Shown: positions 1-15,103, counted from the stretch's first letter. The stretch is 64,000 nucleotides of DNA from Chrysomallon squamiferum (GCA_012295275.1 CM022670.1:38750001-38814000), one strand, 5' to 3'. Translations and numbers: made by a program. Notes: generated by a model from the letters alone, not told the origin.

Positions 1-1485
1 TTTTGTATTTTATTTTATTTACTTATTATTTACTGACAAGTTTTAATATTCCATGATTTTTTATTAACATATAATCATAACAGTTAATTAGGATACAGGA
101 TATAAACAGGTACATAAAACATTTTCCATTTAGTTAATAAGCTGAAAATAATTATAAAAATTGCTGCTGCATTTCCATTCATTCATATATATATTGAATT
201 ATAAAAACTGACCAAAAATATCAAAAATGAAACTTTTCTTTTTAATTGCATATTTTAATCTAATTTGTTATCCGATAAAAAAATAATTATGCATGTAGAA
301 CACAAATTTATTTTAATATTAAGACAAATTAATATGATGTGCTAGCCATGGAATCCACAAACGTAAAATAATAATTACTTTTATAGGTATAATTATTACT
401 TTAAAACTGTTTTTTATATAAAATAGTATAGCTATGTAGAAAAGAGTATTTCTTCAGTAACAGAGAATTATTTGATACACTCTATGAATATTTTTTAACA
501 TAAAACGATTATGATAAAACACAATTCAACAATCATGTACCAGTAGTTATATATACATTACCTCATACTTACTTATCTACAGAGCTGTAAAATAACATAC
601 ATTTCAGTCTTAGAAACACGGCATATTTTTACATATCTAGTATACGTTGTTAATTAAAACAAAGTTCTGTTTTAAAACAAATTAAGTGAAAATATTTCAT
701 TTCATTATTTATTATTTTATTTAATTTCATCGGCATTTTTATAATAGATTAAAAGGATAGAAATATCGAAAATTAAAAATGATATTAGAAATTATTTAAT
801 TCTGTAACCTTTAATTGTTGTATATGTTTTCTTATTTATTCGTACCTTAAAGTTATTATTAAAATTAATATTAATAATATTCAAAAAAAATAATAATAAT
901 AATAATAATAATAACAACAACAACAACAACAACAATAATAATAGTAATACCAATAATAATAATAAATAATAATAATGACGATGTTGATGATATTAATTAT
1001 TATCATAGTTTTTGTTGTTTTTGTTATTGTTGCTAGATTTATTATTATTATATTATTTTTAAGATTTCTAACAATGAATTGAGCTATTACATTTCTAAAG
1101 AGATCAACGGTACAAAAAGATATATAACTGCACCATTATTAACATTGATTCTACTTCAGTCTATATAATAAAATTAGCTTTTTCAGTTTAGTACAATTCA
1201 TTACGAATCTGCTGAATACAGTAATCTTTGGTAAAGTAGGCAAGAATAAAAAACATATTCTGATATCTTTTCAGTTGTTTTAAAATCAGTCATTTAACTT
1301 TTATAGTATTTTAATCAGAATAAAAGATGATACGAAACGAAGTATTTGTCTGTGTATGATAAATTATAACAGTAGGCAAGAGAGAAAGATGTAAATATAT
1401 CTAATCAGCGATTTACAAATACAAAAAAATACGGTATCATTAATACTAAGAATAATTAAAAACTAGTAATGATAATGCAGTTTTA

Positions 1486-1541
<56 letters not shown>

Positions 1542-1726
1542 TAATAGTTAAAAGTCTTTATGTCATGTGATTTTATTAACAATATTTTATAAGTTAGCTG
1601 ATTATTTAATATCATAATTATCACCATCATTATTATTATTATTATTATTACTGTTCAGATTTACTTTAATTAATATATATATTCATTCAAATAATTAATT
1701 TCTTCTTCTTCTTCTGCATCTTCTTA

Positions 1727-1765
<39 letters not shown>

Positions 1766-2504
1766 TAAATTATTTAAATCATTTGTCAATTTATCATTAT
1801 TTATTTACTTGTTTATTACTTTTATAATTAAGTTATTTATTTATTTATTTGGTAATTTGTTTTTGTTTCGTAGGTTTGTTTATTAATTAATAGATTATTG
1901 TTTATTTTGTTTTTATTTATTTATTTACATTTTATTTATCTATCTGTTAGTCTTATATTAATTAATTTATTTATTATTATTTCTTTCTTTTTCTGTTTAT
2001 TTGTTTGTTTGTTTCATTCTTTGTTTGTTTGTTTGTTTATTTATTTATGTATTTATTTAATTACTTATAAACATACATGCATGAATTTACTTATTTACTT
2101 ATATACTTACTTAGTCATTCGTTTCTTTCTTTCTTTACGTACACACACACACACACACACACACAAAAAACTTATATATTTATTATATTATTATTATTTA
2201 CATATTTACAATTATATTTTTTTCTCTCACTTTCACACCAGCTCTTAGTGCAGGTTTGCGAGAAAACGCACTTGTAACTACGAGTTCATACACGTGCATT
2301 ATTACGAGGCTGCCATTCTGTAACGATATAACATTTACAACAACAGAAAAAAACAAAACTCACTCCATTACTTTGCCCTTTATGCAACCTAAGAGTTTGA
2401 CTCCACACCACATATCCTTCCTGCGACCTTTTTATGGTGATATTCAAACCACGTGTTTGTGTCTACTACCTACACATCTACTCTCTTTGTAAATCACAGA
2501 TCGT

Positions 2505-2506
<2 letters not shown>

Positions 2507-2591
<85 letters not shown>
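2507..2591 (+). repeat. (GA)n microsatellite
   Basis: Direct inspection. Confidence 0.95.
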
Positions 2592-2594
<3 letters not shown>

Positions 2595-2786
2595 AGGTTA
2601 ATTTCACTGCCCCACCCACCCCAAAAAAACCACACCCAGTTTCACCCCCCCCCCCCCCCCTATACTTAATTGACTTTTAGTAATGTAATAAGTAATTTAT
2701 TTTATTTTTATTATTATTATTTTTTTAATGTTGTGAAGTTACAGTAATATTTGCACTTTTTTGTATTAATAAATAAACTGACCTAT

Positions 2787-2837
<51 letters not shown>

Positions 2838-2890
2838 GTGATGTGTTAAAGTTGTATGGTTTTAAGGTTAAAAAATTTCTTTTAAAAATG

Positions 2891-2936
<46 letters not shown>

Positions 2937-3299
2937 TTTTTTATACATTGCATGTATATAATTATTAATGAATAGAACTATTTAATAAAACACGTCCTAT
3001 TTCATTCTTAAAGAAATAATTCTAAGTTGGATTTCCTGGTTGGGGAGTAGGGGTTTGTGTTTTATATACATATATATGTTTCAGTTTTCCACATTAATAA
3101 TCTGTTTGTAAAACGAAATGTTTCATCTTCAGATACAACGCTTCTGAAATGAGAGAGGCCATCATTTTTAAAATGATATGCATTTCATTATTCAATATAA
3201 TAATAATAATAATAATAATGTAATAAACAAGACAACAACAACAATAAAAAAATAATAATTAAAGACGACATAATGTCAACAATAATCAGCAACAGCAAA

Positions 3300-3352
<53 letters not shown>

Positions 3353-4552
3353 CAAGAACAACCACTAAACTACTGTCGGCAAAATATGAAAAAGTTAAAA
3401 AACAAAAACAAAAACAAAACAAACAATAGTTTTAGCCATACCCCTATACCGACGTATTGTGTTATAAACCGACGTGTTGTGTTTGATATAAACGCAAAAT
3501 TAGTGAATATGTTGACATGTGTTTAGTGAAATGGATAGTCGATGTGTTTCACGTGTTACGGTTTAGTGTCAAGTACGTTTGATTATTTTTCTGTGAGAAC
3601 GAACGCTATTGTTTCCGAGGCCCGCTCATTGAGAATAGATGTGAATCAGTTTCCGCGCACGTGACAAAATACCTGGGAATCTTCGTAAATGCGGAGTGTG
3701 TTTTGTCAGTGTCATTTTTCTGTTATCCGACCCGGTGTTGTACGGTTGAAAATGAACCGATTTAGTATCAGTATTTTTTGTTTATATGGTTATATATTTA
3801 TATATTTACGTATAATTAAAGGAAATAGCGAAATACGAAATGGCGAAATATAATATATATATATATAAAGACAAAACTAAATTTACTATCAAACCTTCTG
3901 AATACTCGGAATTTTACGACAGTATTGTTTTACTTGAGATAAGCTTCTGGATTATTTTACAAACAAATACAGATTACTGAAAAATAGCTGTTGAAAGATT
4001 ATCATACACAAGTCATTTGAACAGAATAACTATTAATAATAATAATAATAAATGTTTAATTTTATTTATTTTTAAGACATATCTGGTCCTCGGAGAAAAA
4101 TAAATAATCTAAAGCCTTGATTTGTAATGAAAATATTCAGTGGAACCTGTAACGTGTACAGATAATACTAACTAATTAAAACGTACATAATTACATTGCT
4201 TAATGCTTTATGAAAAATAAAATTAAAAACAGGGCTTTTCGTATTTGTCGACCACAACAATAACAACAACTGTAATTACAAGTACTATTACTACTACTGC
4301 TGCTGCTGTTGTTACTACTACAACTACCATTACTGTTATTATAATCAGTATTGTCGTTGTTGTCATTATCATTATTATTATTATTTACTAACGTTGTAAA
4401 AACATAGCGCTATTGTTTACCTATTATGTATTAGTCATTCTGACTTGCTATGTCATCAAACAAAAATGTATTCATATTATACTGTATTAAATTGTAAAAT
4501 AATTTTTAAATAAGTAAATATTAAGAAAATAAATAATTGGACAGCAGTATTG

Positions 4553-4599
<47 letters not shown>

Positions 4600-4670
4600 G
4601 ATTTAATATTAATATTATTAATAATAATAAATTAATTTATTAATTTAAAAAATATTTAATATTGAAATAA

Positions 4671-4731
<61 letters not shown>

Positions 4732-4870
4732 TTAGTTGTAATAATTATAACGGGGAATATTTCTTCAAGTGCGTACTGTAAACTTTCGATCAGCTTTACA
4801 TAATATATATTTTTAGTAAAATAATAATTTAATAAATAATTAATTAAATAACAACAAGAACAACAACAAC

Positions 4871-4901
<31 letters not shown>

Positions 4902-5163
4902 TTGTTTTCAATAAGATTTAAATAAAGTTTAAAAACAGTTTGCGTAAACCTTTACAATTTTCTACCTAATACAATTTTCCACATATATTTTCATTAACTA
5001 TTCTAAATTTTATTCTAAAATACAAATGTACTTTATATATTTAAAAAAGAATGGTTATGAATAATTATCTGAAGTTAAAAACAAATACAGTAAATTTTTA
5101 ATTATTTTATCATTTTTAAATCATTATTTTCGATCATTCATAATCAAGATGATACCAAATAAG

Positions 5164-5194
<31 letters not shown>

Positions 5195-5283
5195 ATTTAT
5201 AAAATCTAAAGCACAATGTGTAATTAAATTGTACTGTACTTAGAACAACACCACAAAAAATAACAATTAAAGTAGTAACCCGC

Positions 5284-5361
<78 letters not shown>

Positions 5362-5763
5362 TTGCATATAAAACCAGTTTAACATTGACAGTTTCTATGT
5401 TTTCACATTCTATGATTTTAGTTCTTTTCTTATTTTGTATAGTTTACTGTGTTACTTAATATTCGTAACTATTCTAATGGTGTCTACAATTAGTTTTATA
5501 AAATCCACAACACTGTTAGTTCAAACAGCAGCAGTCACATACCTGGAATCCTGGAATTCTGGAATTTCAGGAAAACGCAACACTATGCGACAATAACTTT
5601 TTATCTTCTTTGTGACGTGTCCCTATTGTTGACGTCAATCGGAAATTCTCGGTTTATTCCGTCTGTCATTCAAACTATGAATGTTTTAATAAAGGAACTA
5701 CTATTACAACTACTACTACTACTACTACAACAACTACTACTACTACTACTACTACTACCACTG

Positions 5764-5803
<40 letters not shown>

Positions 5804-5899
5804 ATTATAACAATGATATATAGATATTTGAGAAAAATATCTTTTAAAAGTGAAGAAACACATTTTAAAAAATATTTCTGTTGCTATGTGGGTTTTCCC

Positions 5900-6060
5900 C
5901 TCCATTATTTTCGAGAATAAATAGTGGAGGTCCCTCCCTGATGACCATTTAACGTCTGCGGTATTCTCGAGTAAATAAATAGACTGAGATTCAATCGATC
6001 GTTCCGCCATTGCGTCTCATCAAGGTCGGAACTCGGACACGCGCAATTTTAAACAGTCAG
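5900..6060 (+). promoter_or_regulatory. Candidate promoter / non-coding first exon of Dmrt2
   Basis: CpG-rich patch in AT-rich DNA. The Dmrt2 ATG (7178) lies 2 nt after an acceptor (tgtag at 7171-7175), so an upstream exon is expected. Its location here is inference. Confidence 0.3.
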
Positions 6061-6451
6061 AATAAAATTAGAAAATAACATTGAAATGAATGAATATATA
6101 AAAAGTAAATAAATAAATAAATAAATAAGCATTTAAACGAAAAGTGATTATATTCGTTTTGTTGTTGTTGTTGTTGTTGCTGTTGTTGCTGTTATTGTTA
6201 GGTATGTAGAAGCCAATGATTTTTACCGTTAAGAAAAACAAATATTACTGATTAAATTTTTATTGTTTAACAAAAACTTATAATAATATAAATATTGTTG
6301 TTTAGTCGTTTACACTCTGAAACATTTTAAAACACGTACAATCACTCACCAGTTAAATTCCTATCACTTACTAGTTTGCCAAAAAGATAAAATAATAATT
6401 ATGATAAATAAATAAATAAATAAATAAATAAATTTCAATAATAATAATAAT

Positions 6452-6490
<39 letters not shown>

Positions 6491-6896
6491 CATAATAATC
6501 ATAATCATAATCATAATAATAATAATGCAACTACTAGTACAATACTAACAACACATTATTATTTTTTCTACTATTCTATCTGTTATGACAATTATTGTTA
6601 AACTTTGTGCTTAATTACAATACTAATGAATGAATTTATAATCTGATGATGACAATGAATGAATGAATTTATAATCTGTTGATGAATAAATAATAGATTT
6701 TGTCAAAATAATTATCACAATAGAATTTCAGCTGCATGTTGTCTTCGTGCTATACAGTATGTAGTTATTATGTTTTTCTTATATTTAATTCTGTTTAGTT
6801 TTGTATAAACAGAGCTTTTATTTTCCTAATTTACAAATCTAGATAGTTTTGGTATAATTATATTGTATTTTTATTTTTCGTTTTTAAATCTGTATA

Positions 6897-6931
<35 letters not shown>

Positions 6932-7081
6932 TATATTATGTTTCATTTATTTTATTTGTTTATTTTTTTATTATTTATTTACTTATTTATTCATTCATTC
7001 ATTCATTCATTCATTCATTTTTGTCATTATTGCGTTATTTTGCTTACTTAAAAATCTCAGTTACTTCTTTCTGTAATAATT

Positions 7082-7084
<3 letters not shown>

Positions 7085-7146
<62 letters not shown>
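7085..7146 (+). repeat. (CT)n microsatellite just upstream of the Dmrt2 coding-exon acceptor
   Basis: Direct inspection. Confidence 0.95.
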
Positions 7147-7152
<6 letters not shown>

Positions 7153-7177
7153 AATTTATAACGTTCACGTTGTAGCA

Positions 7178-10100
7178 ATGGAAGACGACAGCGACTCTGT
7201 CCAGCTTGACGATGACGAATACCTGGACATAGAGGAAGACGACGATGACGAAAGCGTGGACGAGAACGAGACTCGCAATGAATCACGGGAATCGATGCAC
7301 ACGGCAGAAAGTTCGGACAAATCAAAAAGCGTGCCGCGTCGTCTTTTGCGAACGCCAAAATGTGCGAGATGCCGGAACCACGGGTCGTGTCGTGTTTAAA
7401 GGGACATAAGCGATACTGCAGGTGGCGCGACTGTCAGTGTGCTAATTGTTTATTGGTTGTTGAAAGACAGAGAATAATGGCGGCCCAGGTGGCGCTGAGA
7501 AGGTGAGATATATAAATTTTTAAAGTTTTTGTTTTGTTTTGTTTTTTGTGTGTGTGTGTGTGTATGTGTGTGTGCATTTTAAAATATAACAAATATTCTG
7601 GTTTTAATGAGTTCATTTAATTTCAGTAACAGGTAAATTAAGTAATTGTTTATGTTATTAGTGTATGGTTAGGTCTAAATTATCGTGTATATATGTATGT
7701 GCGTGTGAACGTATGTGTGTGTGGTACAGGATATTCTTCTTCTTTGAAACTGTCTTTTTAAAGATCTAATTAAATACTATTCACATGTATCATATAGCGT
7801 GTTTTTTTTGTTTGTTTTTTTCATCTACGAATATTATCTATTTATTATTTATCCTTTGATGTTCGTGTACGGCAAAAAAGAAAATACATACGATAAAGCT
7901 ATAAGTTAAATAGCTCGCCATATGGCGTAAGATATAATATCAATAACAAGCCGATTGCTTATGTAAACTTATCACAGGAAAAATACCTCTACCGGAAACA
8001 AATAAGGATCATACATCTGACTCTCTGAACTTTCTCTTCGAAACGTAGATGATGTTTCATATACTGTGTTAAACAAAACACCTGCCGATTTTATTCCGTT
8101 TTATCAACCACACTGGACCCCCATTTCCGTTACGGACCAGAAATTAAGAAATAAACTCGATGTCAGGAGACTGGACGCATGCTATCTCTGACATCGCCTC
8201 GCGTTTGGCAGCATGTCAGGTCGGAGGTCAAATAGTTTCGATAAACCACATTAATTACCGGTCGTCTGCTATCAGCTGTAATGAGACGGGTCACGTGGCC
8301 GTGTCGTGTTTTGTTAACGTCTTTCTTAGTGAGGCTCGTGTCAGTGCACGAGCTATTAAGACTGGAGAATTTAACACGTGTTAGCCGTTTGTCATTTCGT
8401 CTTGAGGGAATATTCAGCGATACGCCGGTGAATAATTATTAGCTGTCAAACGTACAAGAAGACTCTGATACTGTTGTTATTTGATAATAAAATGAATGCA
8501 GAAACTTGTTGCAGCTACTGCAGTATTTTTTGTCGTAGGTAAATATTGTCGTAATACGATTATTATTATTAGTAGTAGTGTTGTTGTTGTTGTTATTTAT
8601 TTATTTTATTTTATTTTATTTGTAGTTTTTGTATTTCAAATGTGTCAGAAATACTACAGTGAACTTTAAAATGAGAGGAAACATAAGACTACTGTGAACA
8701 TGATCAAATCTCTTCATTTCAATTTGAGATGATTTGAACTGTAGAAAGAATTTATATGCTGTTTTGAGTATCATTACATTCTGTTATTCTCGATTTCTTA
8801 ATAATAATAATAATAATAATTGTGATGTTAATAAAAAATTATGTTTAAATTTATTTTATTCTATTTATTTAACTTGTTTATTTCTTATATTATATTACAT
8901 TATATTGTATTATATTATTTAGTAAGTTATGGGTTTTGTCACTTGAATAGCGAGTGTAAAAAATTAACATAATTCTACTAAATGTATCAAACCCACCAAA
9001 ATCAATTATTAGTTTGATTCCGGATTCAGAAAATTAATTTTGTGTCATTTTTAACTGTTGTAGACATCAGGCAACCGAAATGTCGGGAGCTATGAAGGCC
9101 AAGGTCAAAAACGCCGCCAATCTTCTTCAGCAGCGGAAGTTACTTCAGAGAAATCTGCGCAGTCTCCAACAGCATTCGTTGTCAAGAGACATTCTAACCA
9201 GTGAGTATACTGCTAAAAAAAAACACAATAATAATAACAAAAATAATTTTTATAAAATATATAAAATCAAATAAAAAAAATGTTTTCCAGAAAAGTTTAT
9301 TTTATTTTTATTTTATTTTTTAAACATCTATCTTATTATATTTTTAAGTGTCCATTTTATTCAGTATGATAAAATCAAAATACGCAGATAAAACGACAAA
9401 TAATTTCAGCTTGCACGCCACATTTCGTGTTCACGTTTAATTTAATTTACCCTGTGCCGACATCAGCATATATGAATTTGAAAATACTGGCACACTGAAT
9501 AGTTGGAATTATTTGTTTGTTTGTTTGTTTGTTGTCGTTGTTGTTTTGTGTTATTGTTGTTATTGCTTTTTTTTGTTGTTGTTGTTTTATTTATCTTTTT
9601 ATTTATTTTGCTACTCTGGTTATTAGAAAATACGAGATAACAATTACTCGGAAATTTTGTAGAATTTAGTTAATCATTCATGTCGCGAATTCCTCTACCT
9701 CTTAACTATAATTCATTTAAAATGAATTCAGCCTGTCAAAATAAGAATGTGAAAGGCAACTATTAAAAATAAAAAAATAATAAATAAATAAATAAATAAT
9801 ATCTAAGGTTGTATTATAACATTTCCTTGTAATACCACTGAATCGTAATTTTTCGTGAATGTTGAATGCTAAGACATCAAAACAAACTCAGCAAACGAAG
9901 GCAGTCCGTGAAGATGTTGAACACGCCTGCCAGGACGTTGCAGCAGTATAGGAAGCCATTGTAGCAGCCTGGGCCAAGCCAGATCCTTGCATCATTGCTC
10001 CAAGGTTGTTGTAGCAGTGTACCATGACGTTGTAACAACATAGAACCACGCTGTAGTAGAGGCCAGAATGTTACAGCAGCGTGCCAAAACGTTTGCAAGG

Positions 10101-12074
10101 ACACCGTAATCTTGTTTGCCATGAGACTTTCTAGTTCTATGAAGGGACAGAATACCAGGATTTGAAACAACCTACACAAACAAACATTTCAATATATACA
10201 AACGTCACACGTTTTTCACTTCTTCTTACGCAAACTCCAATATCTCCTCTTCCGACTGAAAGATGTTTTTCTTCAATTAAAGCAAAACCGATCTGATAAA
10301 AAAAAATGATCCAGTAAATTAAATATATAAACAACTCTGCCTTGCCTCCGCCATCTTATGTGTCGATTCGAGACGTATCAGCCTTACAAAAACTAGTTCT
10401 TTTTCGTGTTAGTAAACAAGCTTGCGTTCCTCATCTGCTTCCAATCGTGCAATTATCAGCGATCACTAAATTCTACAAAACGGTATAAATTTCAATGAAA
10501 TTGGTTCGGGGCGCAACAGGCATCCCTTTTTTTGCGTGTCATACCATCCTGAAAATAACAATGTTTGCTAGTCAGAAGGTAACACAAATTGCGCGGACGC
10601 GATACGCGAGATCCGTGATATTTTCTTAATGTTTCCAGAAGAAACGTTTTTGTCCGTGTGAGATTCGCGCTCGAGGCGATTCCCGCTGCGAGAAATGCCG
10701 AGAATCCGCGAGACGATTTCAATCTGTGTTTTATCGAGACTGTTTTGCGCCTCTAGTTTGGTAAAAGTGTCGCTGAAATTTCCCAGCAGTGTTCTAGATA
10801 AAGAAAAATTTTTTTTTTTTTTTTTTTTTTTTAAATAAAAAAAAAAAAAAAATGTGGTTTCTGTCCTCGAGGCTTTTTGTCTTGAAAACAAGACTAACGT
10901 TAAATGTTTAGACAGAGGACATCGTTTTGATATCCTTCCTCTTAACCGTTTTTTAACCAGCCAGTTATCTTTAATGTCTGTGTTGCCGACGCAGTTATTA
11001 TTTTTATTATTTTTTTTTTATTATTATTAGTTCCGTCTTATTCGTTTCGACGAAAATTGATTGACTAATTTCATTGAAATTCAAATTCCTTTACCGTCTT
11101 GTACAAAAAGCACAATTCTCATAGAAGTATACAAATGAATGCTTCTTAATGGAGTTTTACTGTTTAGATTTACTTACATTATTGACAATTTTCTCAATTC
11201 AGGTTACAGATCGAGACTGCACTCCCTTCCTCCGCCAGAGGCGCTGCGGTCGATGGTGCCGTACCTGAACGAGCGGATGAGAAAACGTCGTTGTTTCGCC
11301 GACAAAGAACTGGAGATGGTGATGCTGGAACGGGAGCAGCAGGCGGAGCTGATAAAACGACGAAACAGCGGAGAGACGGCGTCGAGCCCCGCCGGCATGG
11401 ACGCGGAGAAGTATCGGTTGCTAGGCAACCTGACGCCGAGGGATTTCCTGCATCGAATATTTCCCGCCCACAACCCCAACGTCTTGGAACTGGTGTGGCA
11501 GGGGTGCGGAGGGAACCTGGAGCGGGCGATCGAGCAGCTTGCCTCCGGGGTGAAGTCGGATCAGATGCAGGCGCTGTCGTCGCAAATCAACCACCAGGCT
11601 CTGTCCGGAAATATTTTCGGAGCTTTTCCCTTTTCCGTGCCGGTCATCGGACTCAAGTCCTCCGCTCTTCCAGACTTTTTCGGTTCTCAAACGCTGCGCA
11701 GTCCGTTGTGCGCAATGAACTTTTCGCCCTGGGGACTTCACGTCAACATGGCGTCCGGCGTTCTTCCGGGATTTCCTTCGTGCAGAACTTCAGAAATACT
11801 TCACTCGCCTTCAAAAAAGACTAAATGTGCTGGAGGAGAGGTCAAAGGTTTTGCTGGCTCCGAGCTGACCCGAAGACGTTCGGCGTTTCATTCGATAATT
11901 CCTGGAAACGGCGCGTCTCTTCTGAACGAAAAGGTGGCGGTGTCGGGCGAAAGTGCCTCCCCGAAACTAAAAAGTCCGGGTTCGTGTTCTGACGAAATAA
12001 TAGAATCAAATAAATCCATTAACCTTAAACCTTCGCCGCTGAAATTCTCTGTTGAATCCATAATGGCAAAGTAG
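7178..12074 (+). CDS. Dmrt2: Doublesex/mab-3 related transcription factor, Dmrt2/Dmrt11E type (~444 aa). Exons 7178-7502, 9064-9200, 11203-12074; needs one extra G at 7382-7384
   Basis: Exon 1 reads [16 protein letters not shown], then in the shifted frame [40 protein letters not shown] (DM domain, DMRT2-type residues). Exon 2 continues HQATE. Exon 3 has the DMRT2 motif [21 protein letters not shown], a DMA-like block ([32 protein letters not shown]) and C-terminal FSVESIM (eh1-like). GT/AG sites are phase-consistent; AATAAA near 12214 and 12226. Confidence 0.93.
9930..10090. repeat. Degenerate ~21-nt tandem repeat in a Dmrt2 intron
   Basis: The core GTTG(C/T)AGCAG recurs at ~21-nt spacing (gttgcagcagt, attgtagcagc, gttgtagcagt, gttgtaacaac, gctgtagtaga, gttacagcagc). 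Confidence 0.6.
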
Positions 12075-12333
12075 TTTTACAGGTCACAAATAACATTTTA
12101 ACTATGCAATTATTCCATGCAATAGACTGTATATCATTCTTTGTTGACGTACAAAAGGATATATATATATATATATAAAATGACAATTAAATATAACGTG
12201 TGTTTTGTTGGTGAATAAAAGTGCTAATAAAGGCAGAAAAATTTTAGTGTCATTAATTTGTAGATTATTTAATTCAGACATTTTTTAATGGTGCTGATTA
12301 ATATCTTTATCATATAGCTTTAAGTGTTGGTTA

Positions 12334-12442
<109 letters not shown>

Positions 12443-13344
12443 CTGAGTTTTTTAATTTATAATATTTTTTAAATTACCAAAATTAAATTTTATATCTTAA
12501 ATTAAAATTTTAATTGATATATTTCATTCTAAAACTGTTAACAACGTAAAAGTAAATCAAAGTATATTTATGGCTATAAAAAAAATAATAATAATAAGGA
12601 AAGAAAGAAAAAAACAGCAGGTTAATAAGCTGCAAGTACATCATGGTCGATGAAGAAAAAAAAAGAAAGAAATAAAAAATAAAAAATACGAAGATTAAAT
12701 TGGTTGTTGAGCCAACACTGCTGCTGGTAAAGTATATTAATAACGACCAGCATTCAGCATTTTTTTGTGAGTTATGCGAAAACATGCTATTGACCAGTAA
12801 ATCAAAACACTAATATTTATTTTTTATTTTTATTTTTTTTTTTTGTTATGAAATCAACAAAGATGTAGTAATTGTATTACTTTCTGATTTAGATATGTTA
12901 AATAAATTTATTTTTTGAATTTTCTGATATTGTGTTTTTTATTGTTAATTCTCTACTTTTTCAGTTTGCACAAAACATTTTTTAATCTTAATCTTAGCCA
13001 TATAATCTTGTATTTCATTTAAAAAAATAAATGGAAGAAGAATACAAACTGTATTTATATATTACCCACATACAGACAGAGAAAGAGAAAGCCAGAGAGA
13101 CAGAGATACAGACAGAGAGATGAGAAAAGAAAGGCTTCTCTCATTATTGATTATTATTTATGGACGGGTCAGCTTAGTTTTTGATCAGTGTCTGGAACGG
13201 GAAGATAGAACATCTAATTCACTGCAGCAAGGGTCGATTTATATCTAAGTATGGCTAATCAAGCAATAGCTATAAAATAATAAAATGATATTTTTTTTCA
13301 ACTGCAGTCGAATATTTTTAAATGTCGAGCCAGTGATAAACATT

Positions 13345-13540
<196 letters not shown>

Positions 13541-13859
13541 TTTATTTTCTTTTTATTTGTTCATTGCTTTTATATTTTATATAATTGTAGTTATTTTTCC
13601 TTGGTCATTCATTTACTTATTTATGACAAGAAACGTTTTACTTCGCTTTAATTTTTTTTAATTTATAACTTAAAAATAAATAACGACTATAGTAGTAGTA
13701 GTTGTTGTTATTGCTGTAGAAGAAAGAAGTAGAAGTAGTAATAGCAGTAGCAGTAATATGAACAAAAAATGTAATAATAACGATGGTGATAACAACAATA
13801 AATAAACAAAACGATAGATAAATAAAATAACAATAAATAAATATAATAAAACAGCAACA

Positions 13860-13890
<31 letters not shown>

Positions 13891-14448
13891 AAAAAAATAA
13901 AATAAAACAAAAATAATAAAAAAAAAAAAAAAACATTTATCAGTTAGCCAGAAATTGGTTTCCATGTGACTGAACATCGATAGCGGATAAAAGCTTTGCT
14001 TGTTTTTAATTTCACGAAAATATCTCGATATCCGCATCAACTGAAAATAACGATTATTGGTTTTTTGATGATTCAGAGTTGAAATCTTTGCGTTTTTCTG
14101 TCATATTTTGATCTTTTTCTCCAGTTATTTCCCTCCAACCCCCCCCCCCCCCCATACAGCATTCAAAGTGAAACAAACCATTAGTAACAGCCAGCGTGCA
14201 AAAGAGATAAGGTTAGCGGGCAAATTGTGACGGAAAGTTTTCAATTTTGAGGAAAACATTTTTGGTAAGTGTAGTATTTTAGTGTGGAAAATGTATTTTT
14301 AAACATTTGTTTAGTGTTTTACGTTTTACAGGAAGACTTTTTGACATGCGTAAACTGGTAAGAATAAATAGCGAAAGTCGTTCAATTTAAGAAGCTGTGT
14401 ATTGCTAAATAAATGGGGCTTTCTTAGATAGTGTTTTCGTCTGTCAGT

Positions 14449-14487
<39 letters not shown>

Positions 14488-15055
14488 TTAAAACGTTTTC
14501 TAACAGCGTCTTTATGGGCTGGGGAAAATGTAGTTTTTTTATATATTTAATTTGCTACTGTTGTTGTTTTGTTGTTTGTTTTAATTTATTTATGTTGTGT
14601 TTTACTGTTGATTTTATGTTTTTGTTAAAGTTTGAACTTATTTTTTGTAATTTTCACCTTTTGTTTTTCCATGACAATTTTTTTTTTTGTTGTAATTTAC
14701 ACTTTGTAAATTAAAAATAATATTCTAGAGTAAGAAAACTGAAATGTTAGAATAAATTGGATGAAAAACTGCAGTTTAATGAACAGTTAGAAAAAGTAAC
14801 AATTTTCATGATGCTTTTGTTTAATATTTATATTTTCTTCTTATTTATATATTTCATCATCATCATTATCCTTACCATTAATAATCATATTATTATTATT
14901 ATTATAATTATTAATATTATTATTATTATTGTTGTTATTGTTATTATTATTATTCCTGTTGTAAATTTGAAATTTAAATCCTGTTTTTGTTATGCTGCAA
15001 TTACTATTGCTACAACTGTACATGTAATTGCTACCATTATTATTATTATTATTAC

Positions 15056-15103
<48 letters not shown>

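Noticed and set aside
1898-6010. ORF-track entries with poly-I/L/V/ER/SL runs here and throughout the window
   Set aside because: These are translations of microsatellites and AT-rich low-complexity DNA.
7378-7399. Programmed ribosomal frameshift in Dmrt2
   Set aside because: No slippery heptamer or evident stimulatory structure; a homopolymer error explains it more simply.
11204-11824. Overlapping ORFs (177 aa +, 91 and 106 aa -) inside Dmrt2 exon 3
   Set aside because: Shadow frames of a GC-rich coding exon.
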